The position numbers were made by a program, and so were the translations under genes. This document shows positions 55,482 to 64,000 of a stretch of 64,000 nucleotides of DNA, one piece after another. The first letter of the stretch is position 1, and the number at the start of each line of letters is the position of its first letter. The notes below the pieces were generated by a model. That model was not told the DNA's origin and did not search any database. It worked only from the letters and a program-made list of their open reading frames with translations. Location: positions 24,180,001-24,244,000 of the forward strand of contig OX597830.1 of the NCBI GenBank assembly GCA_951406725.2, given 5' to 3'. Source of the stretch: Octopus vulgaris. Lineage: Eukaryota.

Positions 55482-55818
55482 TGGCACTCCGTCGGTTACG
55501 ACGACCAGAGATCCAATTGATCCGATCAACGGAACATCCTACTCGTGAAATTAACGTGCAATTGGCTAAGCACTCCACAGACACAGAGTGTGACAAGGCT
55601 GACCCTTTGAAATGCAGGTACAACAGAAACAGGAAGACAGTAAAAGAAAGTTGTGGTGAAAGAGTACAGCAGGGTTGGCCGCCAGTCCGTGGCGGATCCT
55701 CGTGGAGCTTTAGGTGTTTTCGTTCAATAAACACTCACAACGCCCGGTCTTGGAATCGAAACCGTGATCCTACGACCGCGAGACCGCTGTTCTAGCCACT
55801 GGACCATTGCGTCTCCAC
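55482..55818 (-). mobile_element. tRNA-derived SINE family C
   Basis: Minus head gtggagacgcaatggtccagtggctag...ggtttcgattcc (A and B boxes), tail gtaaccgacggagtgcca. Confidence 0.85.
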
Positions 55819-55867
55819 TATGTCTATATATGTATGTATTATATATATCGTGGAATATTATATATAT

Positions 55868-56220
55868 CGTCGGTTACGATGACGAGGGTTCCAGTTGATC
55901 CGATCAACGGAACATCCTGCTCGTGAAATTAACGTGCGTGTGGCTGAGCACTCCGCAGGCACATGCACCCATAACGTAGTTCTCGGGAATATTCAGCGTG
56001 ACACAGAGTAAAACAAGGCTGGCCCTTTGAAATACAGAAGAGTGATAGAAAGTAGTAGTGACAGAATACAGTAGAGGTCACCACCACCCCCTGCTGGGAC
56101 CTCGTGGAGCTTCAGGTGTTTTCGCCCAATAAACACTCACAATGCCTGGTCTTGGAATCGAAACCGAGATCCTACGACCGCGAGCCCACTGCCCTAACCA
56201 CTGAGCCATTGCACCTCCAC
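55868..56220 (-). mobile_element. tRNA-derived SINE family C, second copy
   Basis: Minus gtggaggtgcaatggctcagtggttagggc...ggtttcgattcc; different internal deletions from its neighbour. Confidence 0.85.
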
Positions 56221-56773
56221 ATTAAAAAGAATATTGAACAAAAGAATTATATTGATCTTGTGATTGTTACTGTTATTAAGAACAGAGAGCCGAGCAAGCA
56301 AAACTGTTAAAACGTTGCTAAAAAATTACCTTGAATTGTTCCTTCCAGCAATTTAGGTTCTAAGTTCAAATCCCGCCTGTGTCAACTTTACCTTTCAGCA
56401 CACGGGATTCGACGCAACGATGTACCACAAGTGCCAATCAAGTATTAAAAAAAACTAGTGCTTTCAGAGCTGAATGCTTTGCATCGCCTTATGAGTTCCT
56501 CTGAAACTTAATTATTAGTTCCGTATTTTATTTAATTTTTTTTTAAATTTCGTGTAATTGAATAAATATCCTGAACACTGTGACCGTTTGAATTTTAAGG
56601 ACTCAAATGTTGATCTATATACATTTTGATATGTTCTTTTTTTACAATACTTTCACGTTGTTGTTGTTATTGCTGCTGCTGTTGCTGCTGCTGATGATGA
56701 TGATGACGACGACGACAACGAGATGATGATGACGATGACGACGACGACGAAGTCACTGATGATGATGTTGTGT

Positions 56774-57364
56774 TAAGGAGGCGATATGGCAGAAACGTTT
56801 GCGCGTCGGGCGAAATGCGTAGCCGTATTTCGTCTGCCGTAACGTTCAGAGTTCAAATTCCGCCGAGGTCGACTTTGCTCTTCATCCTTTCGGGGTCGAT
56901 AAATTAAGTACCAGTTACGCACTGGGGTCGATATAATCGACTTAATCCGTTTGTCTGCCCTTGTTTGTCCCTCCCCCGTGTTTAGCCCCTTGTGGGTAGT
57001 AAAGAAATAGGTATTTCGTCTGCCGCTACGTTCTGAGTTCAAATTCTGCCGAGGTCGCCTTTGCCTTTCATCCTTTCGGGGTCGATTGAATAAGTACCAG
57101 TTACGCACTGGGGTCGATGTAATCGACTTAATCCGTTTGTCTGCCCTTGTTTGTCCCCTCTGTGTTTAGCCCCTTGTGGGTAGTAAAGAAATAGGTATTT
57201 CGTCTGTCTTTACGTTCTGAGTTGAAACTCCGCGGAGGTCGACTTTGCCTTTCATCCTTTCGATGTCGATAAATTAAGTCCCAGTTATGTACTGGTATCG
57301 ATCTAATCGACTGGCACCCTCTCCAAAAATTTCGGGCCTTGTGCCTAGAGTAGAACAGAATATT
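56774..57364 (+). mobile_element. SINE family B trimer
   Basis: Head plus units at ~56825, 57011, 57194 and the same terminal tail (gtgcctagagtagaacagaatatt) as the tetramer. Confidence 0.9.
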
Positions 57365-58019
57365 GTCGTCCTGTTATTCTTGTTGCTGCTGTTGTTGTGT
57401 TGTTGTTGTTGTTGTTCTTATTGACGTTGTTGCGACTTTAGCTGCTGCAGTGTGGTTACTGTTGATGTTGTTCCTTTAATGGATATTTTTATAGCTTATT
57501 GTGGTTGCTGCTATGGCTGAAATTGTTCTTGTTACTCTTGCCGTTGCTGATATTGTTGATGCTGTTTACTGTGGTTATTATTCCAGTTATTGTTGTTGCA
57601 ACACTTCTTCACATTGATAATGTTGCTTTTGCTGTTGTTGTCGTCATCATTGCTGTTATGATTCTCCTTGTTGTTGTAACACTTGCCATTCTCGTTGTTT
57701 TCTTCTCCACCTTCAAATATATCAGAAGTCACAGATATAAAACGGTAAAGATTTATTTTGACATCGACACAGATAAATCCCTTTGTGTGAAATGGAATAA
57801 AATGCGATCGATGGAAATCCCTTTATTCATTACTGGTACCTATTTTATGACTCGCGGAAAATGGAAAATAAATATTTGTGTTATTGGTGTCAATAACCTT
57901 CCTTAGGTTATAAAAACAAAAAAAGAAATCTCAGTATTTCTTGAAACATATTGTTAATATTGGAAATATTGTTTGATTTTATCGTATTTGTTCTGGATAA
58001 GATTCGTATAAATATATTC

Positions 58020-59050
58020 GGTGTCTTCAAAAAGTTATACACGCTTTAAATGATTATAAAGTCTGTGTTTATTAAAATATATATCATTTTCAAAATTTTA
58101 TAAAATCTGTTGATGGGATTTTATGTCTCCTATTTAAGGAATGCCTTTTTTTTTTAATGATGTCCATTCTGGTCAAAGTGTTGCTCATTATGCGATGTAA
58201 TAGAATCGCAAACATCAAGAAATATTCTGTTTGGTATTTCTGCGTATTATCGTCCAATGGCAGCCCTCAAATCATCGACTGTTGGTGGTTTTGTGCTGTA
58301 AACGTCATTATTTGAGTATGTCCCACAGTGAACGCAGAGAGTATTCTGCTAAATCTCTTCGTCCAATCTACCTGTTTGGCAAAATATCACGAAATAGGCT
58401 TTTGAAATACTATGGTAGTGTTGGGGGTGTCCCAACTTGCTGGAAATAAAGTGTTACATCTCCAAAGTCCTCCTGAATGCTTAGAATGACAGACTGTCGT
58501 AGCAAGTTCAAGTAAATGTGACCCGCCACACTATGATGGTTTAGTTAATCTTATACAGAATAAGCCGCAACATACAATAACTCCTGGTAAACTAACGTGA
58601 TGTTCCTCCGTCATATGCGGATTTCCACGTCCTCATTAGGTGCAACTGTGGCGGGTAACTGAACCGTTTAATTTAAATGTAGCCTCAACTCCCCAAACAA
58701 TCTTTGTTGAAACGTGAATGTTTTTACACCACTTTCCAAGTACCACACCTAAGACGCAACTCTTCGATGCGAATCATCTTCATTAAGAGGATAGTGTGTT
58801 CTTGGAATAGAACTTATCCAATGACAACGCTTCAAAAACGTAATGAACACTTGATTTTGAAATTCCGATCTTACGACTCGCTTGACGCAAAGATTTTCTT
58901 GAATTCTGGTACAATGTTTCCAGTATTCATTCTTGTTTTGTTTGACTAGTCGATGCCTGCAGTCTAACAGAACGGTTCTTGTAGACATTCTTAACTGTTC
59001 TATCTGCTTCAAACTTATCTCTAATTGAAGTGACGTTAAGTTGCGGAGGC
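58020..59050 (-). mobile_element. rosa-like (DD41D-type) Tc1/mariner transposase remnant
   Basis: Minus [20 protein letters not shown] (~WSDEAxFxLNGxVNRHNC), YLNLL, YFQQVGTPP (~FQQDGAPPH), LPNR*IGRR; TIR-like ggtgtcttcaaaaagt at 58020. Confidence 0.75.
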
Positions 59051-59504
59051 GGATCTACATTAGTTCTAAAGGGTTAAACCTAAAGTGAAACAAAAATTGA
59101 ATAGTCCGCCATTAGATTTTGTCTGGGTAGAGAACACGCGTGAGTGCACATACATGTGAATATACATGCATACTTTTTAGTGACGGTGCATTATTTCCTT
59201 TTTGATTTTGAATTGGGTCTAGCACCTTAATTATTTTATAACTTTCACATTACCATTTTACTACTGATTCCTATTGTAAAGTCTATAAATACTGACAAGG
59301 AAAAATCCAGCTTCACCACCCGCAGTGGAGTAAGCATTCCCGATGAGCATTAATTTCCATGCGAAATTGGAATGCCAATCTAATGTCCTCCCTTGCGGTG
59401 GGGCAGTCGTCTTCCCAGTCAGTAAACAGAACATATGCTTTTGTGGCACTTATTTCTAGCAATGCTGGTGCTTCCTACACCCTTCGTCACTTTTTAATCA
59501 TACT

Positions 59505-59555
<51 letters not shown>

Positions 59556-60555
59556 ATGCGTGTGTGTGTGTATACGTGTGTGTGTGTATACGTGTGTGTG
59601 TGTGTATATGTATGTACGTATGTATGTATGTATAGATATATATACGTGTGTGTATATATGTATATATATATATATATATATGAAATGATTTCGCATTGGT
59701 GTAGAGATACTAATAGCTTGTTGCTTAAAAAAAGCGTTGGGCGAGTTCAGAGTGTAATATGAATCAATGGAATGACAAGGTTACAGAAATTATCTAATTG
59801 ACTTCTTTGGCTTACAACTGTTTCTGGTATTAGAAGTGGCGCACCCAGAATTGAATTCTTGTTCACCACCTTATAGCTTCCTCTGAAATTTCATCATTGG
59901 TTCTGTGTTTAGTTTTTTCGTTTTTAGTTTCGTATTTTGTTTTCGTACAGAGAATAACTGAATAAATATACACTGGGACCGTTTGAATTTTGAGGGCTCA
60001 AATGTTGATTTATATTCATCTTGATGTGTTCCTTTTTGCAACCCTTTCAACTTCAAAGTCCCACATTTTGTTGTTGTTGTTGTTGTTTCTGCTCTATTGC
60101 TGCTGTTGTTGGCATTAATGCTCTTGTTGTTTCGACTTTTGTTAACTGTATTATGATCAAAGGCACTCCGATCGCAACCATCACGTTTCCTTCCCTTGCA
60201 TATCAAGAGCTGGCCTCTGGTACTAGTCAGAGCATGCAATCTTTAAATACATCAAAGCCATACAATCAAAGCATGGTAAGTTTAACATGTATGTATCTGC
60301 ATTTAAGCTGCCTATCATAAAAATGAAAAATAGAAATTAGAATTGGGTTTATTATATGCATTCATTTTTATATGCAAAACAGGCATCGCATGTTTTGCGT
60401 CCATGCAAGAAATGCTATTCCAAGAATTACATCACCGAATGTATTGTTTCTTGCTAAAATGGTAGGACTTGATTAGGGGGTATTTTGTTGTTATTTCTTG
60501 TAGATCGATTGAGCACGCAGATGCGTCTTCATATTGCTGTAGTATATGATATGAA

Positions 60556-60730
60556 GAAGGCAGCGAGCGGGCAAAACCGTTAGCACACTGGCTGAAATGT
60601 TTAGCCGGATTTCGTCTGTCCTAACGTTTTGAGTTCAAATTCCGCTGAGGTCGACTTCGCATTTCATCCTTCCCGACTCGACAAAGTAAGTACCAGTTGA
60701 ACACTGGGGGTCGATGTAATCGACTTAACA
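60556..60730 (+). mobile_element. SINE family B
   Basis: aaggcagcgagcgggcaaaaccgttagc...gaggtcgacttcgcatttcatcctt...gtaccag. Confidence 0.85.
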
Positions 60731-61188
60731 ACTCCTGAGTAAGAGTTTAAAAAACTACGCTCCTCTGTCAAGCCATGTTGAGCCAATATGGCTGAGTAGG
60801 ATCATCAAAATAGTATGAATTTCAAGCTCAAATTCACGGCCTCCAGATCGGACTGTGGGTGGTGGAGAGAATATGCTAAGGCCTTTATCCCTCAGTGGAC
60901 TGAACATGGGCTATCCAATCCAATCCAATCGAAGATCACAAGAACTCGTTAAGCAGAGGAACGCTGTTATGTGCAACATAGGCTTGATTCCTTTTATAAG
61001 AGTGTTAGCCTCCATTTAAAAGAAGTAAGTCTCCTTAGAGGCCGACCTTTATCTTAAAATGTCTCACTCGCATCCATTGACGTCCAATTGGGTTTACTGC
61101 TTCCAAGAATCGAAACAGATAGTTCTGTCTACAAAAGACACAAGACCTAGAATTTCAGCGGTAGGGGACACTTTATGTTTATAAGACC

Positions 61189-61268
<80 letters not shown>

Positions 61269-61269
61269 C

Positions 61270-61316
<47 letters not shown>

Positions 61317-61548
61317 CTATCTCTATCTCTCGTGTATATCTTGCTTTACGTACGTATCAATGCACATATTTATCTATGCTATGTACGCATTTTTATGTAT
61401 ATATACACGTGTGTACCTACGTCTACGAGTTCCTGTACATATATATGTATATATTCGTCCATACGTGTGCGTATACGCGTGTATCTAGTTGCATGTATAT
61501 GCCCATATACTTGGGTGTGCGTGTGTGAGCGCGTATGTATATGTGCGT

Positions 61549-61646
<98 letters not shown>

Positions 61647-61918
61647 ATGTATATATGCGTCTAAGCATGAACGCAAAAAAACTTGTCTAAGTATTATCTT
61701 CCTTTCAACTTCTACTTCCTTTTCTTTCTCTTAACAGTTACAACAGCGGAAGCTGATTACATCATTTTCTCTAAACTAGAATGTATACTTTCCGCGTTCA
61801 CATTTGGAGTTTTTGCGTTTTAATAATTTCTCTCTGATTCTACTCATTCTCCAATTTGATGGGCATATAGCGGTACTTAAGCCGACTCAAGAAATCTCTA
61901 GTCGGACTTTTTATCGAT

Positions 61919-61960
61919 GTACCTGAAGAGACCCAGAACGGGTCGAAACATGTGTTGTAC
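61919..61960 (+). ncRNA. Compact type I hammerhead ribozyme, core intact
   Basis: GTAC-CTGAAGA-GACCC-AGAAC-GGGTC-GAAA-C-ATGT-GTT-GTAC, followed by AATAAA. Confidence 0.8.
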
Positions 61961-62119
61961 CCAATAAAGTCTATTACACATTTCATCTCCTATTTTATTA
62001 ATACTGCTATCCCAACCGCTACTGCGAAGTTCCTGTAATAAATCTACGGATAACAACAGGTAGTCGAAACTGTACCGGTGCTTTACTCATCATCATTTAT
62101 ACATTTCGTACAATTTCCA

Positions 62120-62164
<45 letters not shown>

Positions 62165-62166
<2 letters not shown>

Positions 62167-62447
62167 CGGGAAGCTTTATGAAAATAAACAAAAGACGAAG
62201 GCAGGTGGAATACAAACAAACAATTGTATTAGTATGGCGCTCAGGAATATAAATAAAGCAAGTCTTTGGCGTTTCGAGCCTACGCTCTTCAACAGAAAGA
62301 TACACAGAAAAGAAACACAGAAAGAAACAAGGAGAGAAAAAAAATGCGTGCAGAAGCTAGCGAATCAACATGGCGATCTGATTCCGGCCAGAATTCAAAG
62401 ATCAAACGTGAGACGCAAGAGCGAAAATAGGGGAGATAACAGGGTCA
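62165..62447 (-). mobile_element. Penelope pLTR with variant hammerhead (62264-62299)
   Basis: Homologous to 45640-45838; minus CTTT-CTGTTGA-A-GAGC-GTAG-GCTC-GAAAC-GCC-AAAG. Confidence 0.75.
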
Positions 62448-62494
62448 TACACGCACACACAGTCATCTTTTTTTTATTTTATTATGAACCAGCC

Positions 62495-62625
62495 CCTATA
62501 TTTTATCGACTCCGAAAGAATGAAAGGAAACGGCGACCTCAGCTGAACTTCGAACGTGAAGCCGGAAAAAGTGTCACTGATCGCTTTTGTCCGGCGTGCT
62601 AACGATTCTACCAGCTTTCCACCTT
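62495..62625 (-). mobile_element. SINE family B, diverged
   Basis: ttttatcgactccgaaag...ccggcgtgctaacgattctaccagct. Confidence 0.75.
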
Positions 62626-63225
62626 CATAAAAACGTTTATCAAAAGCAAACATTAATTCATTGCTTCTTTCTCCCTTTTTTCGCAACCAATTTCTATGAT
62701 AATGCAAAAACCATGAGCAGCGAAGCCTGTCTTTCTTTCGATGCACAAATGTAAATATGATAAAAACAAAGAAATATTTTATAAAATTAATGATTATTTG
62801 CAAATGAAAATCCTCCGTAAGAAATACCTTGGTAATGCTTCAAGGATATTTATATTCGCTGTACGTTGTAGAGGTGTTTTTTAAGTAAATCGACCATGTA
62901 AAAATTTGATGAATGCTTGTAAGCTGAAATCGAGGCAAGAACGTCACAACCTCAATTTTCAACCTTCTGAACTCAATAAGGTGATAGATATCTCAGATCA
63001 CAGAGTATCAACCAATTGATTTTATTTATCGCAATTCTGCAGGAGATAAATATTTATTTGTCCTTGTTTTATTTGGTCCTGTCAACCAAAAATAATTTTC
63101 CTGTAAAGTTAATAACATACGGACTGATAGATAGATAGGTAGGTAGGTAGGTAGGTAGGGATACGCCCATTCATACATACTTGCATACATGCCTACATAT
63201 ATATATATGTATATATATATATGTG

Positions 63226-63256
<31 letters not shown>

Positions 63257-63384
63257 TCACACGAACACGTTCCCACACACACACGTTCCCACACACACAC
63301 ACGCACGCACATGTACAAATAGGAGAAAGCCAGAAGAAGAAAGGAGAGGAGGAGGACGGAAACAAAGAATTAGAAATATACGCA

Positions 63385-63550
63385 TGCGCAGACATAGCTG
63401 TGAGGTTAAGAAGTTCACTTGGCAACCATGTGGTTTCGTGTTCATTCCCACTGCAAAGCACCTTAAGCAAGTGACTTCTACAATTGTCCTGAGCTGACCA
63501 ATGACAAATGAGCGGCGAAATTACTAAACAAATCTAAGCGACAGAGACCG
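63385..63550 (+). mobile_element. SINE family A head, diverged
   Basis: gctgtgaggttaagaagttc...gcaccttaagcaagtgacttctac. Confidence 0.65.
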
Positions 63551-63587
63551 CATATTTATGTGTGTATGTGTGTATATATGTGTGTGT

Positions 63588-63626
<39 letters not shown>

Positions 63627-63680
63627 TGTGGAGAAAAAGACAAGGTAGAAAATACTAAAATAATTTTATAAAAAACATTT

Positions 63681-63716
63681 CAGTACCGGTTTCAGTAATT
63701 GAGACTTTTTCAGCTG
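63681..63716 (-). ncRNA. Hammerhead motif with A at core position 8
   Basis: Minus CAG-CTGAAAA-AGT-CTCAATT-ACT-GAAAC-CG-GTA-CTG. Confidence 0.65.
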
Positions 63717-64000
63717 TAAGTATGGAAAACAATTAAATTTTGGTAAAATATAAAGAAAAGTTTTTAAAAAGAATATTTGCATAGAGTTCAAATACAAGGG
63801 CCATTTTCCTTGTTTCTGCCTGTCTCTATCTCCCTTGTTTACTCTTGTATGTATGTATGTATGTATGTATGTATGTATGTATGTATGTATGTGTGTATGT
63901 ATGTATGAAAAAAAAACAGAATTCTTTCAAAACAATGACTCAATCGAGAATAACATCCTGAATTATAATTAAATTTCAATGGGTTGACCACATCGATACA

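Noticed and set aside
57499-57906. Hydrophobic membrane-protein-like ORF
   Set aside because: Derived from degenerate (GTT)/(GCT) trinucleotide tract

Overview
Eukaryotic, AT-rich, repeat-saturated non-coding DNA (intergenic or deep intronic). The SINE families and the extreme (TA)n/(TACA)n/(TAGA)n/(AAT)n density look like an octopus (coleoid cephalopod) genome; this is inferred from repeat recognition, not a search. No intact host gene is supportable, and almost all ORFs in the track are microsatellite read-throughs. The window holds five tRNA-headed SINE-like families, R4/Dong retroposon 3' ends in (TAA)n arrays, Tx1/L1, CR1 and RTE remnants, two clades of Penelope-like elements (PLEs), maT (DD37D), rosa-like and mariner remnants, and four Helitron-type elements. 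The most interesting signals are: (i) a dense, diverse set of type I hammerhead ribozyme motifs, two apparently intact, plus a three-copy family with a non-canonical core; (ii) a SINE that has moved both as a monomer and as a TSD-bounded tetramer of a ~184-bp unit; (iii) (TAA)n arrays used as landing pads by Dong elements and a partner SINE, including a SINE-Dong chimera; (iv) a 3.4-kb composite Helitron with hairpin minisatellite and unexplained cargo; (v) long near-perfect fold-backs. Coordinates were counted by eye; boundaries of decayed elements are approximate.
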